A stretch of 63,222 nucleotides of DNA, counting the filler, from Reticulomyxa filosa (lineage: Eukaryota; Protista; Foraminifera): assembly GCA_000512085.1 (NCBI GenBank). It is 19 parts of 19 records of this genome, joined end to end, with 100 filler letters (N's around TTAATTAATTAA, not from the genome) between each part and the next. Parts side by side here need not be neighbours in the genome. Positions count along the whole stretch, not along the records: positions 25,986 to 28,751 come from ASPP01011294.1; positions 28,852 to 30,027 come from ASPP01038316.1; positions 30,128 to 31,208 come from ASPP01024570.1; positions 31,309 to 32,762 come from ASPP01011550.1; positions 32,863 to 34,368 come from ASPP01004879.1; positions 34,469 to 37,587 come from ASPP01029299.1; positions 37,688 to 40,169 come from ASPP01004633.1; 12 more parts are not named here. The stretch is one strand, 5' to 3'. The position numbers were made by a program, and so were the translations under genes. Positions 26,091 through 39,371 of the stretch are shown here, in pieces. The notes under the pieces were generated by a model. That model did no database searches, had not been told where the DNA came from, and saw only the letters and a program-made list of their open reading frames with translations. How positions within the stretch are numbered: the first letter of the stretch is position 1; each line of letters opens with the position of its first letter.

Positions 26091-28704
26091 CTAAACTTTT
26101 CTTATATGGACAAATACTTCGTCCCTGTCGTTTCGGTATACGTCAAGCGCATCCCTTAAGGTAGTTCCGAGTGCCTGTCGCAGTGAAAAAAGGGAGGACA
26201 GAAAGGGGACGACGAGACCAAAAGCAACGGCAATCGTGACGCCGTGGGAATCGAGAAGCAATAGACGGTCGGTCTCACTTCTGTCCAAATTTGCAAATTG
26301 TGCAATTTTCCATGCAACGAGCGCGTAGCAAGCATTAGCGAGTGGAAGACCGATGACAATGCCGATAACGGAAAACAGCAGTGACTTGGCGGATAGCAGG
26401 TGCAGCAGTGTAGTCTTGCGCATACCTAAGCACCGCAGTACACCCAATTCGCACGTGTGCACTTCAACATCGCTAAGCAGCAGCGAATAGATTACGACGG
26501 ATGATAAAATCACAATCACTCCGGCAATGGTATCCAGTGATGATTGCAGCACCAATCGAATGAATACAAACATTTGCATTGCGATCAACAATGGCGCATA
26601 CACCGTATCTCCATACCAACGATTCGACAATCGAAGCATTACACTCCGACCAAACTCCAATATCGACCGTTTCATCTCATTGTAATCCGATTGCTTGTAA
26701 ATGTCCAAACGCTTTTTGTGATTGATCACTGTCATTTGACTGAAGTCGTTCACTTTGAACTTGTTACGCAGCTGATCGCTTGCGTAGTTGTAGTGTTCAC
26801 TGTTATTCACTATGTCTTTCTTTAACCAACTCGTTGTTTCCTTTTTTTTTGTTAATTCGTTGGGAAGGGAGGGAAAGGGAAAAAAAAAGAGGGACTCTTT
26901 TTAACTATCCCTAAAAAAATTAATTGGAGTGGGTCGGTCATGATGGCACTAAAGTTAGCATGCGTGAGAAAATAATCGACGGCGGATACTGTTTGCATGG
27001 TTTGTCGAATATTTGTGGCGATTTGACTGGTCACATAGTTTTGCAGCCATTGAGACTCCAACATGACTACGCCTCCTAACTGCAATGGCCATTTTCCGTT
27101 GCTGTCATCGATCACATCTCGAATTCTAAAGTCTTGCCACTGAGCTGGTCCATTGTTGCGTATATTGTTATTATTACTATTTTCATTCACAATTGCCAGC
27201 ACTATCGACCATCGAATTTCATTCATCGTGTAACTGCCTGTTTTTAGCCTTCTTAATGTTTCCATCACTTGTGATTTCGATATGTTCCACCGCCACAACA
27301 AAGACGGAGTCTCTTCGATGGCCTTGACTGTTTCATTTACTTCCGTTCCATTTATGAACAATCTGTCGTCCCATTCTTGCACAGTACGTATGGTCATATG
27401 TTGTATACAATAATAATAATAATAAAAAAAAGATGTCACTCCAAATCAGGATTGTCTTTTTTTTTTTTTTTTTTTTTTTTTGGTATCAAAAAGGAATAGA
27501 ACACTACTTCACTGTGGATTTCATCGCAAATGGATCGAATCACCAGACGAACGTAATCGTATTGATTCGAGTCGATGCACTTGTTTAGAATAGTTACATT
27601 TATTATATCGCTGACATTGAAAGCGCATCTTTGCTTTCCTAAGCAATGGCTCTCTATCGCCTTTGTTTTGTGTTAATGCAACTTCAAACAAAACAAAAAA
27701 AAAAAAAAAAAAAGAAATATATATGTATAAATGTACAATTTGTAAATATTAATATATGTTCATATATGATATATATGCATTTTTTTTTTTTTTTTCATGC
27801 GCTCATTCAAACTGTTTTGACATCAATGTAGCACTCCAAATTTTTAAAATCCCCACTCGAAAACGAGTTTTGACAAGAGCCAACAATATTTCCAAGTTTG
27901 GCATATTCTATTGACAAAATGAACCTTTGATAAGGGCACGTCAATTCAAGCTGTCCATTTGCAACAGTGGCCTCACTACGGTTTTCGCTGTGCAAGATTT
28001 CGAGTGAAACGTCGTTACATTGTGTATAATCTGCATGTTGTAATTGTGCATATGTTCGATTGTACTTGTGATCAGTACCGAAGCTACGTAACGTATACAA
28101 AAAAAAAAAAAAATCACTAAACTTTGATAGCAGTGTGGAATGAGACAAGCTTCAGTTTTGCCTTGAAGTGCTCCAGATCCGGTCAAGTAGCAGAAGGGTC
28201 TGTCGGAAATGTGGAGCCCGTGATCTGGGACTCTACAAAAGTTTCTTTGCAAATTTTTGGAGTTTTGTCCGACTTGCATGGCATTGACCAATGACAAGGT
28301 ACTTCAACCTCCCATGAGAGACATACGTCACCACTCATTGAATGGGACGTGTCGCCTTGATACGCGACGCCATCACCGTCGTAGCAATTCACATTCATTG
28401 GCGGGGACGTGACGTTCGGTTGGTACACAAAGCCCGGATACAAGTTCAGCCCGTTTATGGCAGCCAACATATGTATCATGCCAATGACCAACATATCGCT
28501 GCTACTACTTTGCCCATTGCTTGTATCAGTTGATCGTGCGGGGTCGTCATTGGAAGATTGGGTACTCTGAAATCCATCTCCATTCCCGTTGCTGTTGGAC
28601 ACTTGCATCTGAGAGATCAGCAGCTGCAACATCTCCATAAACGATATACGTATCCATTGCCCAATCGCTTGTTGTTTGCTTTCAAATTTCAGCGCTTGCA
28701 TCAC
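26091..28704 (-). CDS. FtsX-like (ABC3/MacB-type) permease with kringle and SUEL galactose/rhamnose-lectin domains, multi-exon, partial at both ends
   Basis: Kringle: CYDGDGVAYQG..SGDVCLSW..NFCRVPD..RPFCY..EACLIPHC. SUEL: LELTCPYQRFILSIEYAKLG..GSC..C..HCLGKQRCAFNV..C..Y..C. FtsX: VIYSLLLSDVEVHTCELGVLRCLGMRKTTLLHLL plus TM helices. About 2 frame changes. Confidence 0.75.
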
Positions 28705-31308
28705 CGCAGGAGTTATGTAACACTTTTTTTTGTTGTTTTTTTTTTTTTTTTNNNNNNNNNNNNNNNNNNNNNNNNNNNNNNNNNNNNNNNNNNNNTTAAT
28801 TAATTAANNNNNNNNNNNNNNNNNNNNNNNNNNNNNNNNNNNNNNNNNNNNACACTTGTTTGTGATGTTTGCACATTTGATCAACGATTGATCTACTCAA
28901 AATTGACTGATATAAAAAACTTGTCCTTTTCAATGTGCAAAAATACAAAAAAATACATAAAGTTTTCAGATACAAAATGTCATTTTGTTCATTCTATTGA
29001 AAATAAAGTCATTAGTATAAATAGAGATATAATTGTTATTGATGTTATTCATATGTTAGTCTTTTCTTTTTCATCATTGATTCGACCATTTCGCTTGTTA
29101 AATTATGAAATGATATGATTGACATAAAAAAACGATATCTTGTCAGTTGCGGCATAATTCACTATTAAGATTTCCAACTACTCTTCTTTCAAAGTAGCGT
29201 TTGTATTTGTCGTTTGATGTCGCTACACTTTTGGATGCGCTTGGCACTGTCGAGCTGTCCTGCTAATTTCACCATAATGCATACCGATTCACACACCGAT
29301 GATTGATTGACCACCAATAATCCATTGCATCCCTCGCTCGTTCCGTCATTAAAACAAAAGTTCCTGTCAGAACAAAGTGTTCGAGACAAAGGCACGGAAA
29401 GCGAAGATGAGATACAGAAAACGAGTCCAATGCAAGAGCCTCCAGAATATGTACCTCATCGATCTAAGAGTCACAACAAGTCAATGATATTTGCCGTGGC
29501 AAGTTTGGATTGGAAAAAGAAAGTCTTTTTAAAGTAACAAAAATACTTTCGCATTAAATTGTGTCAATAAGATTATGTTTTTTTTTTGCTTTATTCAAGT
29601 TTTTAAAACAAAAAGGACTAATTATGTCAAGAAAAACAAAAACAAGAGTTTTTTCATCTTTTGATTTCTCCCTCCAATATTATCCATTTTCATAGGAACT
29701 GACCAAGTTCAAATATTGAGAAATGATATCATAAACAAACAAATTGAGGCAAAATGTTGATTTTATTTATTTTTTTTCGATTAGATACTGAATAACTTTA
29801 CTTGGAAAAAAATCATAAAACATCAAAAGACTTTAAGTTGAGGGTAAAAAAAACCCCTTGCATCGTCAAACCTATCATTAAAAGACAGGCTATTATCATT
29901 TGGATCATATGTTGCACAAGAAGAAATTGGAGATGAATCTCTTTACAAGTCTTCTTTGTTGGAGAATAATAAAAAAGAAACGAGAAAGAACAAAGACAAC
30001 TCAGAATTACCTCACAACTTGAAAGAANNNNNNNNNNNNNNNNNNNNNNNNNNNNNNNNNNNNNNNNNNNNTTAATTAATTAANNNNNNNNNNNNNNNNN
30101 NNNNNNNNNNNNNNNNNNNNNNNNNNNTTGAACGACGACAACATTTGGAAACAAAGAAGATTACTTCTGTCGGGCAGCTCCTACACTCGTGATCACACCA
30201 GTGGAAATTATTAAAATCTTCACAATCTGTGTTGAAATTGGTTGGTGGAAAAGGTGGTTTGCAGTGGGGAGTGTCAAGAGTCGCTTCATCCTCAAGTTGT
30301 AATTCTTTTTTCACTATCTACCTGCATAAACTCAGGTCTTTCAAGTTAAAAGACTACCTCGTTCTAAGAAATAGAACACAATACTCAAAAGAAGACAAAA
30401 AACAAAAGAAAGAGCCTCACAAAATCTAGTTAATCGATTTAGATTGAATTTGTCCCAAATCTTTCTCTTAACGAACTTCGCTGCTGCCTTGATCCTAATG
30501 TCTGGTTTCCATGTTCGGTCTCCAACAATGAAATATTTCATCGATAGAGACAAATTTATCCACCAACTGCGACGTAAATTTTGGTACCTTTTTTTTTTTA
30601 GATGAAAAGAATGTAATTTGTTAAATTGACAAAAAGGCAAAATATTGTAAAACAAGCACCTCACTCAAAGTTGAACACAGCACTAAATAATACAATACGT
30701 TACAAAAAGTAACTAACAATAACATTCATGCTTCAACATTGAAGCAATAAATTTTACTTTAAAATTTGTTTTGGTGAAAACAAGCATTGCAATATTTTAT
30801 ATAATTCAAAATGATATCAATTTAACCAACAAAACATTTGTAATAACATTGCTCAGCTCAGAGGGAATCCAAGGGTCCCTTTGGGACCACTCTCAGATTC
30901 TACGAGACTTCAGCAAATGATAAAAAATCAACAATATCAGTCACCACTAACAAATTTACAAGTGGATATATATCTTTTTTTTTTAAATTTTCCATTTGTT
31001 TTTTTTTTGAAGCTTTTGCACTGGGAGGGCGTGAGGGTGTCAGACTACTCCCATCACTGTTTTTAGCACTTTCCTCATCCCCAAAGTGCAAACAAAAGCA
31101 AGTTGAAAAAGCACCTGGTCCAAAATAGGACATGGCACTAAATAAAACAAAAGAAAAGTACAATTATAAAACCAAACACCCAATTATGCGTTCTCTGAAA
31201 TAATTTTANNNNNNNNNNNNNNNNNNNNNNNNNNNNNNNNNNNNNNNNNNNNTTAATTAATTAANNNNNNNNNNNNNNNNNNNNNNNNNNNNNNNNNNNN
31301 NNNNNNNN

Positions 31309-32025
31309 ATTTGAATTTGAATTTGAATTTGAATTTGCATGCGCTTGCATGTGCATATGTTTGTTCTCCACTTTACTTATCAACTTTCTCACGTGTGGTA
31401 TTCTCGCTAGTCTCAACTCGTATGCTTGAATATACTCATTTTCACTTGTGGTTATACGTCCCACATCCTCTTCCACTATCGAGATGACGAACACATATGG
31501 TATCTCTTTTTGATCGAACACGTACGGCTCCACTGGGATATGCAATTCCAACAACTTCTTTTGATTTATGTGCTTCTTTTTATTCGTGTATTCGATGTAA
31601 CATACTCCACTATATCGTGACAACACTGTCGGCGAGGTGGGGATACTTTGGATTCTTCGCTTTGGAATTGGCTCTTCACTTCTCTTTTCCACACACATAT
31701 TTATCACACTAAAGTTGCGCTGGATCTCTTCCATTACTTTGTCCAGGTTCTCCACTCCAATTATTGTATCTTGCACTTTTTTCTCACTCATTTGACTCTC
31801 TTTCCATCTCATGTACTTCAATACAAACGCCCCGTACTCACTTTCGCTCCGAAATTTTATAGTGCTTCTTTGCTGGTCTTCACTCATCCTTATCTCACTC
31901 AACTGCGAGCCATGAGCTAATTTTTCCGATTCTAAGTACGTCAACAACCGTTTCGCACTCCATGAATTCGTCTCGGTTGAAAGATATATTGCGAGCTCTT
32001 TTGAATGTAGCTGTGAGATAGACAT
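31309..32025 (-). CDS. Hypothetical protein (3' partial), ending in an (AATTCA)n Asn-Ser repeat
   Basis: ORF of about 240 aa starting at ATG and running into the contig edge. No family recognised. Confidence 0.5.
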
Positions 32026-32986
32026 GCCTTTTTTTTTTAATTTTTTTTTTTTGTTATGGAACCCCTCCCCCTTTTACGTTCAAAGAAAGAAACAAGTTCT
32101 TGTCCCTTTTTATTTTGAAGAACATACTTTTTTTGGAGAAAGTCCAAAAATTGAAATTCCACAACAATTTTTTTATGACCTCTGATGATGCAACTTCTCC
32201 AAACAAAAACAGAAAAAAGGGCCAGATGACAATCGACTGCTGACTCAATTTTTGTTTGTTGCGAGAAAAACAACGTTTCTGAAAATTGAATAAAGAAATT
32301 ATTGAAATCTAATGTGAACAAAAAAAACAAAAAAAAAACAAAAAAAACAACAACCAAAAAGGAATTGCAAATACCGAGACACAGCTTACACGAATGAGAA
32401 AAAAACACAACAAATCTAAACGACCGTGACTGAATTGATTCTTGTTCGCAGACCTCAAATGAGTTCTTGTTTTGTTTTTTGAATGACAATTTCAAAATCA
32501 AAAAACAAATTTGTTGAAACGCATATTTTGTGTATGCAATGTGTGACCAAAGTTCAAAATTCACATCTAAGGTCTCACTTTTTGTGTTTCTCCAATACAT
32601 AAATTAAGGTCTACCCAAAAAAAAAGAGCAAAACAAATAAAAAAAAGAAACACGCACACAAATACAATACGCTCTACGTCCGACAGAAGAAAAATGTCAA
32701 AAACAATGAAAAAATAGCTGCAGTGAAATATCTGGTGATTGTTGTGATGTATGGTCTTTTTTNNNNNNNNNNNNNNNNNNNNNNNNNNNNNNNNNNNNNN
32801 NNNNNNTTAATTAATTAANNNNNNNNNNNNNNNNNNNNNNNNNNNNNNNNNNNNNNNNNNNNATCATTTAAAAAAAACAATTTTGAAAAAGATAATTTTC
32901 AACAGATTCAATTTGTTTATTTGAATTGTGCTTCTTTGTATAAAAAACAAAAAAAAGAAATAACCAGTACTACATTGCTGGAAAAA

Positions 32987-33406
32987 TCAAAAATCACAAC
33001 TTAAAGTGAAGTGAGATGAAATGAAGGAAATTAAATGAACAATTTGTTTAAATTTTTTAAGGTGAGTTTGGGTTCTCAGGAAGTTGTCCTTTGTCAATAA
33101 ATTGAAGCAAGTTTTGATATTTTGTTTGTATCTCATCTTTGTTTCACTTGTCTCCGTATAGTTACGTTTCAAATATCTATATTTATGCACTTGATGAACA
33201 CCCTCGAGATCCTTTAATTGCCATCTCGCATACGCAAATTGCTTTTTTATTACAGTCTCGTCTTTACAGCTTTCATGTTTTCGAAACTCCTCTTTCACTC
33301 TATTTAGTAGCTTTTGTCCATCTCCTGGATACAACTTGCTCATATATACAAATTGTTTGTACAAATTTCTTCCCTTTCGTTTCAAGCTAGTTGACAACCA
33401 AGGCAT
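32987..33406 (-). CDS. LYRM5: LYR-motif protein, LYRM5/ETFRF1-like
   Basis: NLYKQFVYMSKLYP..VKEEFRKH..DLEGVHQVHKYRYLKRNY ~ KLYKNLLYLGRDYP..ELEALYFLRKYRAMKQRY. Likely ATG at 33406; 3' end uncertain. Confidence 0.8.
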   Translation of the reverse strand: MPWLSTSLKRKGRNLYKQFVYMSKLYPGDGQKLLNRVKEEFRKHESCKDETVIKKQFAYARWQLKDLEGVHQVHKYRYLKRNYTETSETKMRYKQNIKTCFNLLTKDNFLRTQTHLKKFKQIVHLISFISSHFTLSCDF

Positions 33407-33908
33407 TATCTTTTTGAACTTTGAATAAAGCTCAATTTTTGGACAATCAAAAGGGGTCGTAGAAACGGCCTTGTTCGAGCACGGCATCAATACAACACGT
33501 TGTTTTTTTGGACTACCTTGAAGAAGCATTTAGTAATGAAACTTTAATTTGCATTGCAAAATTCGACGACATTGGTCCCGCATATATCAGAGACTCAACT
33601 TTCGAACAAACATCCCCAAATATAAAAAAAGGGGGGATTTGGAGTTTAGCCAACAAAACGTAAACGTATGGACCGATAAAAAAAATCCTCGAGGAGAGCA
33701 AAACGGGAGAAGGGATAAAAAAGAGTAGTCAGAAGGGGAAAAAAGTTAAAATCTGGGGAATATTTTTCTGTTGTTTTTTTTTTAAAAAAGAGAGATTTTT
33801 TTTGTGGTTAGTGATTTTAAAAGAGAGTTATGAAAATTTTTTTTTGACGTAAAAAAAAAAACACTTATAGCAAACGACCATAAAAGGGATCAAATCACAA
33901 AAACAAAC

Positions 33909-34345
33909 TTATAAAAAAGAACATGAGGGTGTTTCACAAGCGCAAGTTTCCATTCCGATGAGCTCTTGTTGACTTTGAGCAGATCGCAGAACAGTACTGG
34001 CCCGTTTTCGCAAGAAAAGCAGTTCATTTTTATCGGCAAATCGAACGTGCGAAGTGTCGACCGACTTGCCATATTTCCTCCAAAAAATGTCTTGAATAAG
34101 ACTGAAGAAGATATTGCGCACATTGTCGCCGCTGAGAGAAGAGACCTCCAAGGCACTAATATGGTAGCGATGTGCGAGTTCTTTCGCATAATCGGTACTC
34201 ACCTGCCATTGTTTGTGGTCTTTGTCTGCGTGCGTTCCGACCAGGATCACACTGGGTTTGAATAAGTTGCTGTTATTTTTATGTCCGCCTCCGACATTCA
34301 TTGAATCTCCTTGAAACTCATTGTACACATCATCGGAATAATAAG
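33909..34345 (-). CDS. Ras/Rab-superfamily small GTPase, C-terminal half (5' partial)
   Basis: G4 VILVGTHAD, G5 LEVSSLSGDNVRNIF, C-terminal CaaX CSFL*. Confidence 0.8.
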
Positions 34346-34468
34346 TCCCTTTTTTTTTTTTTTTTTTTNNNNNNNNNNNNNNNNNNNNNNNNNNNNNNNN
34401 NNNNNNNNNNNNTTAATTAATTAANNNNNNNNNNNNNNNNNNNNNNNNNNNNNNNNNNNNNNNNNNNN

Positions 34469-36935
34469 TTGATTGCTGACTCGGATTTGATCGATTGTTT
34501 CTGTTTCTCGACTGGATTGTATTTTTTTAAGATTGGCTTCAAATTGAATCCTCTTAATTTCAATTGGCTGATGATATTCTCAAGCTTTTCAATTTTGACA
34601 ACGCTTGTGTGGATCCGTGTATGTCATTTTTGATAAAGCCTTTGTTTGAATATATTCTTTCTCGATATCAATACGTATATCCAATTTGTATTGTTTTTAT
34701 TTGATTGTAGCTGGCAGTAGTGATCAGCACGATAATCTTTATATTCTCACTTGTGATATGTTTCAATCCTGTCATTTTTGTGAAAGTAGCACGTCCGAAT
34801 CCTTTCGAATATAGTTTGACAAGTAGGAATCGTTTCTTTCATCATTTCCGGTCATGGTGTTAAGCGAGTCCTTAAAAAAAATATTTGTGCAAGTTGCCTG
34901 AGTCAAAATTTTTTTTTTTTTGATAATTTAGAATCATTTCATGCAAAATTAACTGTTGAATCGTTTCCCAAATATACAAAGCCAGGAATTTCTTGTCGCC
35001 TTTGTTCACATTGACATACAACGAGATAAATGCGTTCGTGATTTGAGTGGTCCAGTTATTTTACGAGTAGGTGATCTTGGCAGTATTGTCATTCACGTTA
35101 TACGTGAGAATTGATCGATTCCGGATATATTGAGCATTTTTGCTCCATCGTTGGCTCCCTTTTGGTTGCTTTCACGATATCATACGAAATTACAATTCTT
35201 CACGTTTTGCTGGATACATCCAATTAAAGGCGATCGATTCGTTTAGGTGCAATTGAATTGATTCATGCTCTTGTATCATTGCTTGAAACCTTTTTTTTGT
35301 ATACGTTTAGTGAAATAATTGTCCAAATCACGTCCATGTACTTCAAAAAAAAATAATGTTATTTTAACTTGTTTATTTCGATGGTTTCTTCAAAGTTGCG
35401 CGAATGAAATCCTGAGAAAAAATGTGGCGCATTTAGTCAAGACACTGAGATATTCCTGTAACTAATGCGATTTTAACGTTCAATTCAAACTCTATGCTTT
35501 AATATCGTTTTTTACTAAACAATTTGTCAATACGCATATAGCTGCCCACTTCATCCACTGCAAAGGGTTCCGAGAATTTGTCCAATTATATGATGTTTGG
35601 GAGGTCGAGCGCGACAGTTTCTTTCTGATATTTCCGTCCTTTCGATAGATTGAGCTAATATCACCTGGTATTCATTTACGTTAAATAGTTAACACATTTA
35701 CATTAATATCATTGTTGTTATTATCATTTGAAACAAACAAAAGCAAATACTTTCTGTCTTTTTCTGATAATCATACCACAAAAAAATCAAAGATAATCCG
35801 GTAAATCACAAATCCAATGCAGACATAAAACATTTACAAATCACTTTCTTTACTCAATTGATAGCATTCAGTGTGAACATAAAGCTTTTTCTTTGATGAC
35901 TAGATCGGTCAATGCGAAATCTTTTACGTGCTTTTCAATTAGTCTTTCCTTCATGCGTTGCAGTTACTCAAAATTTTGGATCAAGACTCGGGACCGTGCC
36001 AATCCAATTTCCAAGTTTTAAAAACGCGAACTCGGGATGCTGTTTCTACTGTACTTTTTTTAAAGCAAATACTTGGCTGTTCACATGATATACAATTCGT
36101 TCACTTAATCTTCTTTGTAAGTCTGTGTTTGAAAAGAAAAAAAAGATGTTTTTTTAATGAAAAAAAAATGAAGTAGGCCTTTAACATTGAAAACGTGAGA
36201 ATAGATTGATATTTCCATCAAATGCTTTGTATGTGATCAGTGGCACTTTAACCGAATTGATGTTTACAACTTCGTTTTCATTGTCGATAGCCGGCGCCCA
36301 AGTGAAATCTAACTTCTGTTTCAAGACATACTAGAGAAATAGATCACTTCTCTTTTTTTTTCTGCCCCAAAGATTCAATATGCATATACATGTGCTTTTT
36401 TTCAACCTATCAATCGATTTGTGCAAAGACAAAACGCCAAATTGTTTAATCGGGCATCTATTTTCCATTTGCAACTCTTATGAGTTTAATGATGTGATTT
36501 GCATTTTCATAAACTGAGCTGGGACAATCTTTTGGCATTCTTGGAATTCAATGCCAACACCAACTATTCTTCCAGTCTTGTTGCCTATGGTGTGAAAGAG
36601 AGACACATGCACATCTGTTGTGCGCGCCATTCAATGACAGAAGATATGTTTTTATTTAGCCAAAAAAAATTAATCACTAACATGACTATTGATCCAACGA
36701 ATGATGGCCAAAATTATATTACAATTTGAAACAAGTATTTGTTCCAAATCATTTACAAAGTCCAATTGAACACAATGTCCATTGAAACTTTGAGCGTTTG
36801 CGGGAACAGCTATTTCCGAGTTCAAGTGTTCAAACTCAGTTTCTTTGTGATCTCCATACAAGCAGCGACATCTGCAAATCAAATTCCGTGCAATTTTCAA
36901 TAGTGTGATGGTGAATATCTAATATAGACACCAAT
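34469..36935 (-). pseudogene. Degraded coding sequence of a large protein, family unassigned
   Basis: Coding-like segments between intron-like tracts but broken by many stops (e.g. KGSQRWSKNAQYIRNRSILTYNVNDNTAKITYS*NNWTTQ). Only short ORFs over about 2.4 kb. Confidence 0.45.
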
Positions 36936-37755
36936 TGCGAAGTTTTCTGTTTGTTCTTTATGTTTCAAGTCTTGCTCAATTTCCCATTATTAACAATATT
37001 CTTTGTACTTCGCCTTTTTCTTTTTTTTTCAACTTCTTATTTTTCTTTTTTATCACTTTTTGGCCTATCTTTCTATCTTACCAACGAGGCAATTGCAATC
37101 AAATTATTCTTTTTCTATACATTATTTTACATATTTTTTATATTTTTAAAAATGACAAATTAAAAAAAGATACTTAACTGGCAGGACAGCAACTTTATTT
37201 CAATATTTTTCCTTTTTTTTTTTCATTTTTATCTTTTTTTTCTTATTTTTTCCATTTATTTTTTTTTCTTCATTCATTTTATTTTTTTAAAATTTCTTTT
37301 CTAATCTTTTTCCCAAATTTTTTACCCACTTCTTCACATTATTTTTCCAATATTTTTTTCACAATATTTTTTTCCCAAATTTATTATAATACTACTATTT
37401 TTTTTAAAAAACAATCTTTTTCACTTTCTCTTGAGTCTTGAACGTCTGTCAAACAACAAATAACTTTTTTATTTTTTAAAGAAAAAAACAAATAAAAATA
37501 ATACATTGTTGAAAGTAAAACAGCTCCAATTTCCAATTTAATACTATTTTTTCTTGTGGTGTGATACAATATATTTTTAAAAAATTTNNNNNNNNNNNNN
37601 NNNNNNNNNNNNNNNNNNNNNNNNNNNNNNNTTAATTAATTAANNNNNNNNNNNNNNNNNNNNNNNNNNNNNNNNNNNNNNNNNNNNTTTTTTTTTTTTT
37701 TTTTTTCTCCTGTTTGTTTATTTGTTTGAAATTACGTACGTGTTGTTTGTCTCAG

Positions 37756-39371
37756 TGGTGCCTTGGTCTGCAGTCGCTGTTCAAAACATAAATTGATGAA
37801 CATGGAAGGCATAATGCAGAGAGCTTGTAAGCAATGCTAGTTGAGTACATTCCAATTCAAATATTAAGATATGTATATATGTATATATATGTTTGTGTGG
37901 AACACACAAAAGCACTAAAGCCAATGAGACGAAAAAAAAACAAATGAACGGGATGGAGAACATGGAACCGATAACAAGTGACGTGGACGAGAACGAGTCG
38001 TCGGACAATGAATACCAGACAGAAGAGAACACCTTGCATAAAATTGCTTGCTATGTGGATGTGGAGGTTGGAATAGAACATATATTTGATTCGTTTGGAC
38101 GCGGAGTGGGATCTTATGTTCTCGTCCCAAACCCACACAACAACGACTCTCAATATTGTGTTTCATTGGTCGTTCATACCAAACGTGGCCTTCAAACCTT
38201 TGCCATTGCTCTCGTCAATAAAAAAGAAGGCGTCTATTTTAGACTTTCAGTTTTGTTACATCCACATCTTCAATTCCACTTCCCTTCCCTCCTTGAGGGT
38301 CTCTTGTAATTTTGTTCTTTTTGTCCTGATATGTTTATATACCATTACACAATCCTTCTCATTCAAATGATAGTCCCACAAAAGCAAAGATTTTGCTGAT
38401 TTCAACCAAATGATTTTTTTTTTGAGTACGAAAGAAAACTTACTTTTTACTTATCCAATTCCACGAGTTCATGTCCAAGTTTAGTTTTATTTTGTTTTGT
38501 TTTTTTTAAAAAAAAAAAAAAATAATAACACAATAATAATAAATCAAATAAAAATGTAAAAAAAAAAAAGGACAAAACTGGCTTGTCGACATGCCTATCA
38601 TTATCGACTGGTGAAAGTGCAGCCAATTCTTCACCAACCGGAAATGATGGCGATATGCTCGTTGCATTGTTCGACTTTAAGGAGAGCAAAGAACGGGAAC
38701 TGGAATTTGAAATGGGGGACCAAATACGACTCATTCGAAAAGATAACAGTGGTTGGTGGTTGGGCAAATTGGATAAAACGGGAGACATTGGATGGTTTCC
38801 TTCCGAATTCACCGCGCCAATTACTGTCCCAACTTCCAATCGAAACTGTGCAAGCTTTACTTCGGAAATTCACTCTTGTGTCTCTCAGCAAGCTAGCTAC
38901 AGTAGCAGTAGCAGTACCAGCAACACCGCTCCTTCGCTCACCCTTGCTAGCCATTCGTCCCGTCCATCCGATCGCAATCCCAATCGTGATCTAAAAATAT
39001 TCAAATCCATTGAAAGTAATCTACTTTCTCCTTCCAGTGACCCACGTCATGGAGCTTCCACTTTCATTGACAGAAATTACTATGTTATTTCTTATCACGA
39101 TTTGAAAAATAAAAACTTTGATGAAACTATCGATAAACAACATCTCGAAGTTATCTATACAATATATATATATACATATATATATGTGTATATACATATT
39201 TGTTGTTCGTTCGTTTGTTGGTCTGTTTAGTTACGTTATTTTGAATACAACCGACAGATGTATTTGAGTGATTTGGAATTTCAAGAGCTATTCCAATGTT
39301 CACGACGAGAATTTAGCGCACTGCCTGTGTGGAGACAAAAGCAAAGAAAAAAGGCTCTGGAATTGTTTTGA
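37756..39371 (+). CDS. FYVE / SH2-like / SH3 / villin-headpiece adaptor (5' partial; exons 37756-37839, 37913-38249, 38374-38478, 38571-39149, 39258-39371)
   Basis: Four phase-compatible GT-AG introns give one open frame: GALVCSRCSKHKL..QRACKQCY (FYVE C-half); GSYVLVPNP..YCVSLVV..LQTFAI..GVYFR..DFADFNQMIFFL..LFTYPIP (SH2-like); VALFDFKESKERELEFEMGDQIRL..GWWLGK..GWFPSEF (SH3); HLEMYLSDLEFQELFQCSRREFSALPVWRQKQRKKALELF* (headpiece). Confidence 0.85.
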
